Assembly (NCBI GenBank): GCA_044892525.1
Contig: CM097885.1
Span: 32,614,001 to 32,678,000, forward strand
Direction: 5' to 3'
DNA: 64,000 nucleotides
Source: Schmidtea polychroa
Lineage: Eukaryota
The position numbers were made by a program, and so were the translations under genes. This document shows, in pieces, positions 28,099 through 39,719 of the stretch. The notes below the pieces were generated by a model, which did not search any database, had not been told where the DNA came from, and worked only from the letters and a program-made list of their open reading frames with translations. Positions within the stretch are counted from its first letter, which is position 1. The number at the start of each line of letters is the position of its first letter.

Positions 28099-31000
28099 AT
28101 TAAATTTATATGTAAATAAATTAAAATCATGTAAAATTCAATTTTGTCTAAAGGTGGAATTTATAAAAGATGATGAGTTACAATCTTTTGTAATCTCGAA
28201 TTCCGCCCGAGTTTGGAGCGATACATTCATTGACGAAGGTATTGCTCGTTTAAATGAAAAAATAATTAAAATTAATGAGAAAGGTAGTAATTGGACTATC
28301 AATAAAATAGAATACATAAGCTTTGTTCTGACTAAATTTGCTGAAATAAGTCGGTTAAGTGGTAGAAGTTTTATTGAAACCCCAAAATCTTTAAGAAACT
28401 TAAGCTGTCTCGTTAATGTAGTTAATAATGACCACTTCTGCTTTTTGTATAGTTTCTTGTCAATTATTAAATATGATAGTATAAATAGGCAATATAGAAA
28501 TCGCCCTAATTCCTACAATCTTTCTGAAATTAAATTTGATCCTAATGATATGCCGATGAAACTATCAAATATAAGTAAATTTGAACAACAAAATCCGGGT
28601 TATAGTATTAATGTTCTTACTTATAACGAAAGGGCTTTGATTGACATTTCCGATGAAGATGCAGTTATGAAACATCCCTTTATTGATATAATATATAGGA
28701 GTAAGATAGTAGGAGCCATACCTATCAATTTATTATTAATTGAAAAGAATGATAATTATCATTATCTTGGAATCACAGACCTAAATAGATTTCTTAATTG
28801 TAGGAATAGTTCAATCACTCCTGTTAGGATTTGTAGTCAGTGGTGCCCTAGATGTTTAAACGGTTTTAGGAATGATGACGCTTTTAATAGACATAAGGGT
28901 CTTTGCGATAAAAATCAGCTTGGTACTACCTTGTACACATTGCCTAAAAATAAATATTTAGAATTTACTGATTGGAGTAAAACAGTTACTCCTCCCTTTG
29001 TTATTTACGCTGACTTTGAGGCTATCTTACCTAAAGACACTCGCTACTTTCAACGTCATCTGCCTATTTCTGCCGGTATGCTTTTTATTAATAATTTCAC
29101 GGGCGTAAAAATTTATAAGTCGTTCACCGGTTTAGATTGTGTCGATCAATTTCTTACTGAAATTGAAATGATAGGGAAATATATTGTAACTCCTTATTAT
29201 TATAAAAATTATCAAAAGAAAATGATAATTACAGATGAGCAACAATTAATGTTTGAAAACAGCACATCATGTTATTTGTGCAATAAGCCTTTAGTTAGTC
29301 CAGTTAGGGACCATGATCATTTTACCGGTCTATATCTTGGTGCCGCTTGTACAACTTGTAATCTGTCGAGGCAAATTAGACATACCCTTCCTGTAGTATT
29401 TCATAATTTAAAGGGTTATGATCTGCATCATATCTTGAAATTTGGCCTTTCAAAATATCATTCATGGAATATTAGTTGTATTCCTTTAACCAGCGAGAAA
29501 TTCCTTAGTCTTTTTGCTAGGATTGACTCATTAACTGTTAAATTTATAGACTCTTATCAATTTGTCAGCGAGTCTTTAAATAATGCTGTCAAAACTTTAT
29601 CATCTTTACCCTTGACCGAATCAGAATTTCAGGGTACAATAATAACTGCAAAGGGAATTTTTCCTTATGATGCCGCAACTTCATTAGAGGTTTTGCATAA
29701 CACTCATCAGTTACCTCCTATTTGGAAAGATGTGACTCCCGCTGAATATGAGACAGCTCAGCGAATTTGGGTTGAAACTTCATGTACTTCACTTTTCGAT
29801 TACATGATGGTTTATTTAAAACTTGATGTTTTCCTTTTAGCCGATTTTTTCCAGCAATTTAGAGCTAAGTCCATTGCTCATAACCGACTAGAGCCATTAA
29901 ATTTCTTAGGGATTCCAGGTATGTCTTGGAATTCAGCCTTATTAACTTTAAACTCTCCAATTGAGCTCCTCACCGATATGGAGATGTATAACTTTTTCGA
30001 GGGCGGTATCCGTGGCGGACTAACTTTTGTAAATAAACATTATGTAAAAACAGACCCGGATACCGCTTTGCTTTACATAGATATAAATAATTTATACGGT
30101 TGGGCTTTAAGTCAACCATTACCTTGCAGTGACTTTGAATGGGTTACTGATGATAATTTATTAAATAATATAATTGTTGAATGCACAACGGTAGATTTAG
30201 ATCTGCTTGATTATGGTTATACCATAGAAGTGGATTTAGAAATACCGACGTCAATTCACGACAAACTGGACGATCTTCCCGTTGCCGCTGAAAAGATGTG
30301 TGTACCGGGTTCGAAAATAGAGAAGCTGTTGCTTACACACAGCCCCAAGAGGAACTACGTTCTTCATTGGAGGCTTCTACAAATATTTATTAAATTAGGT
30401 GTTAAAATATCAAAAACACATAGAGCAATTAAATTTAAACAAGATAAAATTTTCAAAAATTATATTAACACAAATACGGCGTTACGAGCAGCGTCGACAA
30501 ATAAACTCGATAAAAATTTTTATAAATTATTAAACAACAGTCTTTACGGCAAGACTGTTGAAAATCTTAAAAAACGTATTAATTTACGTCTGTGTAATTC
30601 TTCACAGAGATTATTAACATTCTGTTCGAAACCGACTTTTCGTAAATCCACGAAAATCGATGATGACTTGATTTCGGTTTTATTGAGGAAGGACATAGTA
30701 TGTTTGAATAGACCTAGTTACATTGGTCAAACCGTACTTGATTTATCCAAACTCAGGATGTACCAGCTGCAGTATGAAGAGTTGCAAAAATATCGCGACG
30801 AATTCAACTGCGAAATTAATATCGTTGCTGGAGACACAGATTCCTTCTTCTTGGAAATTAAACATTGTAGTCTTGACATTCTTTTACCTGCGATGATTAG
30901 AGATCAATTATTAGATACTTCGAATTATGACCCAAATCATCCTTTATATAGTAGGAACCTTGATTCTGTCATTGGTAAATTCAAAGACGAGAATAAAGGG

Positions 31001-31402
31001 TTATTATATAAAGATTGGGTGTTCTTGAGACCTAAATGTTACAGTTTGATGGGTGATGAGGAAAGTATGAAGGCTAAGGGGATAAGTATGAAAGATACTG
31101 GACTAACACATCAGTCGTATCTAGATTGTTATTTAAATGATAAAATATACACAGTCCCTCAGTTTAGAATAACGTCAAAAAATCACCAACTTTTTAGTAT
31201 TAAAAATAATAAAAGAGCCTTGACATGTAGAGATGATAAGCGAAATTGGGTGGATAAAAATCAAAGTTTGGCATATGGTCATTATAGGGGCGGTGACACC
31301 GTTATATTTATAGATTCAACGGAAGCTATCTCAGCAGATGATACAGATGATTTCCATGATCCAGCAGATGATAATTATTTTGGACATGATTATTTTCGAT
31401 GA
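28040..31402 (+). CDS. Protein-primed family B DNA polymerase (Polinton/adintovirus type) with an endonuclease-VII-like zinc insert
   Basis: Exo I YADFE, Exo II FHNLKGYD, Exo III YLKLDV; Pol A YIDINNLYG, Pol B KLLNNSLYGK, Pol C AGDTDS, then KCY and KAKG. Also CYLC..RDHDHFTG..GAAC..CN and the KGSNW N-terminal motif. Confidence 0.93.
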   Translation: MDVSSLDLKTVSVPDILINKLNLYVNKLKSCKIQFCLKVEFIKDDELQSFVISNSARVWSDTFIDEGIARLNEKIIKINEKGSNWTINKIEYISFVLTKFAEISRLSGRSFIETPKSLRNLSCLVNVVNNDHFCFLYSFLSIIKYDSINRQYRNRPNSYNLSEIKFDPNDMPMKLSNISKFEQQNPGYSINVLTYNERALIDISDEDAVMKHPFIDIIYRSKIVGAIPINLLLIEKNDNYHYLGITDLNRFLNCRNSSITPVRICSQWCPRCLNGFRNDDAFNRHKGLCDKNQLGTTLYTLPKNKYLEFTDWSKTVTPPFVIYADFEAILPKDTRYFQRHLPISAGMLFINNFTGVKIYKSFTGLDCVDQFLTEIEMIGKYIVTPYYYKNYQKKMIITDEQQLMFENSTSCYLCNKPLVSPVRDHDHFTGLYLGAACTTCNLSRQIRHTLPVVFHNLKGYDLHHILKFGLSKYHSWNISCIPLTSEKFLSLFARIDSLTVKFIDSYQFVSESLNNAVKTLSSLPLTESEFQGTIITAKGIFPYDAATSLEVLHNTHQLPPIWKDVTPAEYETAQRIWVETSCTSLFDYMMVYLKLDVFLLADFFQQFRAKSIAHNRLEPLNFLGIPGMSWNSALLTLNSPIELLTDMEMYNFFEGGIRGGLTFVNKHYVKTDPDTALLYIDINNLYGWALSQPLPCSDFEWVTDDNLLNNIIVECTTVDLDLLDYGYTIEVDLEIPTSIHDKLDDLPVAAEKMCVPGSKIEKLLLTHSPKRNYVLHWRLLQIFIKLGVKISKTHRAIKFKQDKIFKNYINTNTALRAASTNKLDKNFYKLLNNSLYGKTVENLKKRINLRLCNSSQRLLTFCSKPTFRKSTKIDDDLISVLLRKDIVCLNRPSYIGQTVLDLSKLRMYQLQYEELQKYRDEFNCEINIVAGDTDSFFLEIKHCSLDILLPAMIRDQLLDTSNYDPNHPLYSRNLDSVIGKFKDENKGLLYKDWVFLRPKCYSLMGDEESMKAKGISMKDTGLTHQSYLDCYLNDKIYTVPQFRITSKNHQLFSIKNNKRALTCRDDKRNWVDKNQSLAYGHYRGGDTVIFIDSTEAISADDTDDFHDPADDNYFGHDYFR

Positions 31403-31758
31403 TGTGTTTAAATTATTTAATAAATGTATTAGTCATATTGTCTTGAATATTTTTTAACAGTAACTTTGTGAACAATTTTTATACATTGTGTGTAATAATA
31501 ATATGTTAAAGTTTTGTTAGTTACCTTTATCACCTTTACCCAGTGTGTTAATAAATTTTAGTGTATATTTAAAGTATAATTTCTTTGTTAATGTTTTGTC
31601 TTGAATATTTTTTAACAGTAACTTTGTGACATTTACCTTTGTGAGCAGTACCCATAATAATAATAATAATAATAATAATGATGATAATAATAATAATAAT
31701 AATATTAATATTAATAATAATAATAATAATAATGATAATAATAATAATAATAATAATG

Positions 31759-31827
<69 letters not shown>

Positions 31828-32427
31828 TATGTTTTATTACATTGTTTAATAATACCCTTGCGAGTTGTTGAGCGCGACCAGTACCCTTGTTAGCAGTATC
31901 CCATAGGGGGACAGAATATTTTGTCGGATAAACTCGGAGTATATAGATTAATAATATATCGATGAGAACACTAACTTGTTGCGTGTGTGGACATTAATAA
32001 TAATATTTTTATACATTGTGTGTGTGACCATAGGGGAACAGAATATTTTGTCTGAGTATTGTGTGTAATAATTTTATTTTATTTAACCATCAAAATAAGT
32101 TTTTAAAATACCGCAACGTAATATATTTAATAATTAAAATTTTAAAATACCGCAACGTAATATATTTAATAATTAAAATTTCAAAATACCGCAACGTAAT
32201 ATATTTTTAAAATACCGCAACGTAATATAAATTTTAAAATACCGCAACGTAATATAAATTTTAAAAAACCGCAACGTAATATAAATTTTTTAAAAAAAAT
32301 TTTTAAAAAAAAAAATTTTAAAAAAAAAATTAAAAAGCCCCCCCGGGGGGGTATGACGTCATATGTCTTTGTGACGTCATCGATGACGTCATATGCCTTT
32401 GTTCCCGGGTCCACACAATACCCTACT
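28274..32427 (+). repeat. Right arm of the giant inverted repeat (pairs with 22242..26414)
   Basis: Junction read directly: 26401-26414 CTACCTTTCTCATT is the reverse complement of 28274-28287. Confidence 0.92.
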
Positions 32428-33666
32428 TGCATAGGATCTGGCCAATTAATCACAATGAATTATGAGTTTCTGCCCTCTGTAGATGTTTTTATGTAATATA
32501 ATTTGATTGTTTTTAATGTTCATCATAGGTTATTAATATATTATATCAAGTTGCGAATTTATTGTAACATTGATACATTAATAGGAATTTCCAGTATGAA
32601 TAAGTGAATTTCGTTACGTTTAATGTGGTATTTATATCTTTATTTATTGTTTATTTATTTTTAAAGTTTATATGTCCAATTATTGTTAAAGTTCAGTTAA
32701 AAATTAATGCAAATTATTAAAGAGTGAATTTTTTTCCATTTATTTTCACTGAGTCGGACAATTGTGTAATGAGCGCTTAAAATATTTATTCTTTAATTTA
32801 AACTTAGTTTCAATTTGGTAGCTCAAATACAAATAAATTGAATCAGTTTTCAATTATCAGCTTTAGTCTATCATTTTTCTGTGATTTCAAATAAGAATTG
32901 AACGGATTGTAATGAATATTTTTAGTTTACTCAAACCCCTATGGGTTCTGACAAACATTAAAAGATTGAATCTTTGATTTTAAAATTTGTCTTGATTTGT
33001 ATCTTGAGATTATAATATTATATATTTACAATTTATATGGACATTCTTTTTAATAGCATCATCTTCGTCTTTTCTTGAGAACATTATCCACAGCATTGCT
33101 ATACTGTAGCACTGCTTTTTTAACAGTCATAATTATCTGCCAATTTGCAATTTTATTTTATTTTAATTTTATGAAAACATTTGGATCATCTGTAATATGG
33201 AAATATTTTATGAAAGGAAGTATTACAGTTAAATTCTTTTTAATATATTTTAAAATTAATATAAATATATTATTGTCATATTATTTTTCATATATTTTGA
33301 TAAACATATCGTTATTAAAAGTGAATTATGAAAGTAACTCAGTGTTTGTCTACAATTAGTAACTTATTGATAGAATATTGAGTCACATTGGCGTATCAAA
33401 TGTTAAAGGGTTAAAAGGATGAAAGGTATTTTTAAAATGTATGTTGATGAATGTTGTAAAAATGGTTGTGGCGGGAACAGTTCGGGATCATTCTTTTTTA
33501 AATAGTTGATTTGATTGATAAATATGATAATATAGTTCATGATTAAATAACACATATTTTTATAAAATATTTCATAGGAAGAAAATTAGAGTTGATCCAA
33601 AGATATTTTATTGTTTTAATTTTCAACTTGTAAATCACATTTTGATATTTCGTTTATATTCATTAT

Positions 33667-33783
33667 GACAAAATATCAAAAAATTAATTTTCTATGCAAC
33701 ACAATTTTTTTTTCAAGTGTTATTGATAAAGGCAAAGCCGGAAATTTGTGTAGCATAGAAAATTAACTTTTGATCTTTTGTCA
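33667..33783. repeat. Small imperfect inverted repeat (possible MITE core)
   Basis: GACAAAA..AATTTTCTATGCAACACAA pairs with TTGTGTAGCATAGAAAATT..TTTTGTC. Confidence 0.55.
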
Positions 33784-33927
33784 CAATTAAAATTAATGAT
33801 ATATCAAAATAAGAAAACAGATCAATGGTGACCAAAAAAATTAAAGATTTTATTTATTGTAAATCAGTTTTCTTAATAAAAATTATTACGTTTTTAATTG
33901 ATTTTTATTAATAATTTAATATTTTAG

Positions 33928-34060
33928 AAAAGCTATTAAAGCTGCTGCTGTTCTGATTCCCTTGTTAGGAATAGCACATTGTCTTTTTATGTTTGAATCC
34001 AAAAGTTTAAAATATCCAGATGCATACAAAATATTTACTGCGATTTTAACATCGACACAG
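33928..34060 (+). CDS. Class B GPCR exon, TM6-TM7
   Basis: ttttag| ... cag|gttaat. Reads (R)KAIKAAAVLIPLLGIAHCLFMFESKSLKYPDAYKIFTAILTSTQ, with the LIPLLG and SxQ|G signatures. The first base completes the CG|A codon across a 22-kb intron. Confidence 0.9.
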
Positions 34061-34890
34061 GTTAATAATTTTTGTTGATCTAACTTTATTTTGGCTAAAT
34101 CTGAATTTTGATTAATTTATTAATTAATTTATTAATCTTATTCATGTTAAAAGTATTATGTTACCATTTTAGCACATCCATATAAATTGAAGATAAGTCA
34201 AGATTTGTTAATTGAAATTTTTATTGAAATCTGTTTATACTGATTATAATCTATTTTTATGATGTAAAAGTTAATATTTTCTTTTTCACGTTAATAGAAA
34301 ATAAATGTCTTTCAATTTCGATAATAAAATCGAATCTTTTAAAGAATATTCAGGATCTAAATCTCACTAAAAATGTCAGTTTACCATGAACACCAACATT
34401 ACAAATTTGAAAATGTTATCAAGGCAAATGGAAAATTTGCTGATTTCAATTTACGATTGGCGTATTAGTTAAAATGAACATTTATTAAATTGTTTAAAAT
34501 ATAGTTTTATATGTATTATTATTATTTTAAGTTAGTGTTTGATGTTGAGTAGGATGAAGTTTCCTAAACTTTACCTATGAGACCCAAATAAGCTTGAAAC
34601 TAGTTTACCATTGCAAATTATATCAAATTAAAAAAGATTTTAAACAGTCAGTATATTGTAAACTAAAACTAAATAATTGTTTGATTTTGAACTTATGAGT
34701 CTCTAATTTTCTATATTTTTTTATTATATTTATACAAAAACTAGACGTAAACTCTTTAAAATAATATATCATGTTATAGAATTAAATTTTGCCATTTTCT
34801 AATATCATTTTTACACAACAATTACATAACAAGTGAGTACTTTTGAAACTGTATTCTGGTTGAATTATGAATAATATATGAACTCCTATG

Positions 34891-35136
34891 CTGCCCTCCT
34901 TATCAAATAGACCGTAACTGACAAAACTACAAAAATCGAGTTAGAGGCGTCAACTGTATGCAGTTGCAATTAACCTTCATTCTGCTTAGCGATAAGACCG
35001 TATCTAGTCCGAGGCCTTAGAAATTTGATTACTTACATCGACCGTATCTGCTCATGGCGGTGGTATGCTTGAACGTTTTGCTATTTATCTCCTAAGTGTA
35101 TTTTTGCAGTTACGGTCTATTTGATAAGGAGGGCAG
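34891..35136. mobile_element. MITE with 30-bp TIRs (superfamily unresolved)
   Basis: CTGCCCTCCTTATCAAATAGACCGTAACTG and its exact reverse complement; TATG on both flanks (4-bp TSD candidate). Confidence 0.85.
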
Positions 35137-36171
35137 TATGCATGAAATTATATTAAAATGTTTCAATATTTATTACAAATTTGTAAAATGTAATTGATAT
35201 GTCTGCGACTAATTATGCTCAAATTAGTGATTCCAAAACTTATCTTACCCACATACCCTAATCATGAATTTAATATACCCTTTCTCGTAGTAAGACCCTA
35301 ATCATGAAGACCAAAGTGAAATAATTCTATATGACTGCATAATAGAAAAATTACAAATTTCGCTTTATCGTGAATGGTTAATAAAGAACTGAAAATAAAT
35401 TATAAATAAAAAATTTTGATATTTAAAATAATATTTATTAAAATTATAACTTTGGTTTTAAAATATAAAAACGCCATTTTTTTTGACTTGATGATATGAG
35501 ATTATTTATGTTTGGTTCAATGTTTGCGAGTAAAATTCATAGGTCTAATTTGCAGTCGATTTCGTTTCCTTGTGATGAGATTTGTGACTGCACTGAATCC
35601 TCTTTCTGCTGAGTATGGTGGCGGGAAGTCAATCAAAAGCTTGTGTACAGTGCCACATAATGTATGATTTAAAATTGGTATCCTCTTTTGTAACCAAAAG
35701 TTTTGTTATTTTCGTTCAAACATTGGCTTTGTGGATAATTCAATAAGTTTACCATGGGCACATCTGAGTTTGTGGGTGTACTTGCAAAATCGTTTAACGG
35801 CCGATCGAGGATGCTCAAGGGAAAATGTCTTCAGATCTTTGGCTGAAGTCAGAATGAAGAGCGTTTGACGATAAGTGTTGACGATAAACAAGCAAATCTT
35901 CATCTGGTTTTCAAAATTTTGTAAGATTTGGAAATTGAGAGCATTCGCCTTTCTTCAAGTTTATTTTTTACAGGAATGGTTTTGCAGCAAACGTAGATAT
36001 TATACTTTTAGTTTTGAATAAATTTAATTTTTCACTTTTTAACTTCCAATTGTTTTCGTTAAGTTTGGCAAATAATAATCGTAATATAAACTATGTCATA
36101 TTTTGAATTAATTAGATTGAGCCGCAAATCATTGTCTTTGGTTTCCAGGAATTTCAATACTGAATAAAAGA

Positions 36172-37064
36172 GTGCATAAAACCAAACAAACATTTACCAA
36201 AAATATTATCAATTTATCAGTCTTGATAAATTTGTTTGAGTTGTTGGTGAAGAATGGTTATTCAAAATCCTTATTATTAACTATGATAAAAGAGACCGCT
36301 GATAAATTTATTAAAAATTCTAAGGATCCATGTTCGAGAAAATCTGGGTGTAATTTTATTGGCATAAATGAGTTTGATAATAAGTTAATAAATAAATTAA
36401 ATAGCAAGTCTAAGAGCGACGAGCCTAAATTTGTGTTGGTTTTGCCGTACTCAGAAGGTTTTACAGATTATAAATGAAAGATAAGCAAGCAATTGGGGAT
36501 TTTGATTATAAGATTCATGTCAAGTACGCAATATGTTTATCAATAAATCTAAAACTCCGGTTGGATTGTGTTCTTATCTCGTTTACAATTTGCATGTAAT
36601 GGGTGTAATGTAAAATGCATTGGAGAGGCTTTCCATCATCTCTGTATTCGAGCTCGAGAATATTATAGACTGGAGGCATTGACCAACATAAGGCTGTAAG
36701 AGAAAAAAAATCTTCTGATTTTAAAATTTTATTAAAATATTTCAATAATTATTGGGAGCGTGTAATTTGTAAAGTGTTTGGATCTGAAAAATAATTTGCA
36801 AATTGAGTGTTTTAAATGTTTTTAGTAGTTTTTTTCTAAATTTTATATGGATTGTTGTTAAATTAAATAATTTTATATTTCAATATTTTAAAATTTACCT
36901 TTTTTTTGGTTTTTTATTTAAAAAATGATTTATTATTTAAATTAGAATTTATATAATTTTAAAAATATGATATAATTAATGAATTTGTTCAAAAATCTAT
37001 AGTTTCTATAGTTATTATATCCTATCTGATGATGACAGGAAAACCGTTGAAATATATCGTAAAA
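36172..37064 (+). mobile_element. Penelope-like retroelement 3' relic (RT thumb/linker plus GIY-YIG)
   Basis: LVKNGYS...FVLVLPY, then frameshifted LVY-FACNGCNVKCIGE..HLCIRARE (GIY-YIG pattern), followed by an AT-rich tail and a hammerhead-like core. Confidence 0.75.
37021..37064 (+). ncRNA. Degenerate minimal hammerhead ribozyme of the Penelope relic
   Basis: CTGATGA (37026), stem II GACAGG-AAAA-CCGTT, GAAA, palindromic ATATAT, then C. Stem I is only partly paired. Confidence 0.55.
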
Positions 37065-37373
37065 CGAAGCAGTCACCATTCTTTTTCAAACCCTTCACGA
37101 ACTGCTTAAATAAACAAAGTTTGATGTTAAGCCGTAGCAAAATGATTTATTGTCTGTCAGCGAGTGCCACATAAATGATGTTAGCTGTACCCATAATCAT
37201 GTTTCCCATGCAAGCCAAAGAAAATTTACTCTTATCTACATGTTCAATTAAATAATCTCTCCTCTCTTTTTTTATTGTTAGGGAAAATTAAGGTTAAGAG
37301 GTATGTCATTTACCACTACTATAATTTTATAATGTACGCTTGTTTATTTGAGTTTTTAAATTAAAAATTTTAA

Positions 37374-37619
37374 CCTCTTAAGTGGTTATGACGGATATAT
37401 ACGGCATCAACTAAATTGACCTAAATTGACAAAATATGTTAAAAATATATCATAAATAATACTTTTTTTAACATAGTATCTTAATAAATATCATCCAATA
37501 AGATATTATTTTATTTTTTGTAACACTATGCCCAAGATGTGTATATATATACGCTAGCGGATAACAAAACTCGCCTATGAGGAGCGCATTTCGTTTGACG
37601 AAATAAACCACTTAAGAGG
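37374..37619. mobile_element. piggyBac-type MITE
   Basis: TIR CCTCTTAAGTGGTT / AACCACTTAAGAGG, flanked by TTAA on both sides. Confidence 0.85.
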
Positions 37620-37641
37620 TTAAAAATATTTTTGAAAATAT

Positions 37642-38330
37642 ATGAATTACCATCACGCTTCAAGTTCCGAAAAAAGGAAGCGTAAGAAGTTGAAGGAAAA
37701 AACAAGGAAACACTCTTTTAATATGTTATTCATACAAAAACATACTATCAAAGCGGAAGTTGAGTCTGAAGAAAAAATTAAAGAAGAGGAAGTTGGTCAA
37801 TTTTCTGGAAATAGTGAAAACCAAGAAATACACGTAGAAAAGACAGAAAACAATTAAAATACAATCGAAGTAGTAGAAATGAAAAAATATAGAATATGAA
37901 GACATATCAGAGATTGAGAAAAAAACGAAAATGCAATTGATGAAGCAGAAATGCAAAATATAGTAGTTTAATGACACAATTAATGATATTTTAGTTTTTG
38001 AAAAATTGGACATTTCTTTATGGCATTCAAATTTAACAACAGACATGCAACGTTATTTGCTTAAAAAATAAATTACATTCAAATATTTCTCTTGTATATA
38101 TCACTAATAAAGTAGTGACAGAAGGTGGAAAGTATTTTTATTCGCAACAAAGCAAACTGAAAAAATTGAGTGAGAACGGTTAGTATGCAATTCAAGAAGT
38201 AAACTAATTGGTTGCTACTTTTTCAAGATATTTTTGAACAGAGGACCAACTTTTACAAGAAGATACTCAAACTGGAAAATGTGAATGTAAAAGTGCAAGC
38301 TCATGAAAGTACTTATACGAAGTAATGAGA
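37642..38330 (+). pseudogene. Decayed 5' part of a hAT-type transposase
   Basis: Basic start HASSSEKRKRKKLKEK and downstream broken motifs resembling ZMYM-like hAT N-termini; many stops. Confidence 0.4.
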
Positions 38331-39053
38331 CTTTTTGTTAATGCGCAATTATTTTAACAAAAAATGCGCGCACGATACTCCGGCAAATATAGTATTTGAA
38401 AACAAATATTTGATATACAAATATATTACAATATTTACAATAAATTTTGGTTAAAGAGTTCTGAATAAAATATATTCATTTTATCAATGAATCTGACGCT
38501 TATGCTGGAAAAATGAAACATTTCTAAAAAAAGTCAAATTTTTATTTAAATAATTATCAATTTGTTTTGATTGTTGAAATCTTACTAGTTCACGTGGTCA
38601 GTGAAATGCAAACCAGATCATTTATTATTCATATTATTTATAGTCTAGAAATATTCTCTACTCTTTAAGGACCGATATTTCACTTTTAAGACAATATTAT
38701 TTTCTGACCAAAGAACAAAAATAAAATAATATGCAATAATTACAAGTTCCTTTTTACTTTTGAAAACAAGATCTAAGGAAACATATTAAAATATTAACAA
38801 AATATTAACAAAAAATAAGTACTAGTAGGTTAAGTGAGACAATATAGTTAAGAAAGATCGAGTATTATTTAGCACGTGGCCGTGAATGGTGGTTGTTAGA
38901 TGTTTCAAAATACAAAGATTTCTATAAATTAATTGTAATAAAAGAAGTGTTTTGTAAAGAAAACAATTCTTTTAAAGTAAAAATAATTATCAAGTAAAAT
39001 TTTTAATAAATAGAATAGTTAAAATCAAATTTAAAATTACAATAAAAAGTATA

Positions 39054-39100
<47 letters not shown>

Positions 39101-39719
39101 TAAAATATAACTGAAATTAATTTAAAAATAAATTCACAATGAATAAAATACAGTAATTAAAAATTAAAAATCGTATGTATGAATATTTAAAAAGATCATG
39201 TCAAGGAAAATTGCATAGTTTGAATTCTCCTAACTTTGTTTAAATGTTGTGTAATAAAAATATATTTTATTGAAAGCGTGAATTTTCTTGGAATTTAATG
39301 ATCGATGCAATTAACACCCGAAGTTTGTGAAAAGAAGAGACTAACAGCGGTTAATCCATTCTACATGAATCCTTAATCCTCTAGTTCCCTAAACTGCAAA
39401 TGATATATGAATTATATATGAACATTATATATGAATAAATGTTGCAGTAATGTCTCATCCCACTTATAGTCGCCTATAAAAAGAACAAGATATTTGACTA
39501 ACTTTAGAGATCAGGTTGTACTCAAATTTGGTGTAAACTCTAAACTGTGTTATAACCTTGAAACCTTTTGTGCACTAAGGGGTTAATCAAAAAATGATAT
39601 CGTTATTAGTCATAGTACAAATGTATTTATTCGTCAATCTATATGTGTAGATAACATGAATGTACTCGTCATGGTTTGATGCGTCTCTTAAAAACGTTTC
39701 AGTAATTAAAGAATGCAGA

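Larger units (their letters stand above)
22242..32427. mobile_element. Polinton/Maverick-type element, palindromic PolB-only derivative (10,186 bp)
   Basis: Ends AGTAGGGTATTG...CAATACCCTACT with a 6-bp TSD TGCATA (22236-41, 32428-33). Contains two inverted pPolB copies. 6-bp TSDs and AG..CT termini are established Polinton hallmarks. Confidence 0.9.

Noticed and set aside
22242..32427. Palindrome as a pure fold-back read artefact
   Set aside because: Different flanks, an exact 6-bp TSD, two arm-specific deletions and terminal substitutions argue against it. Read-level confirmation is still needed.
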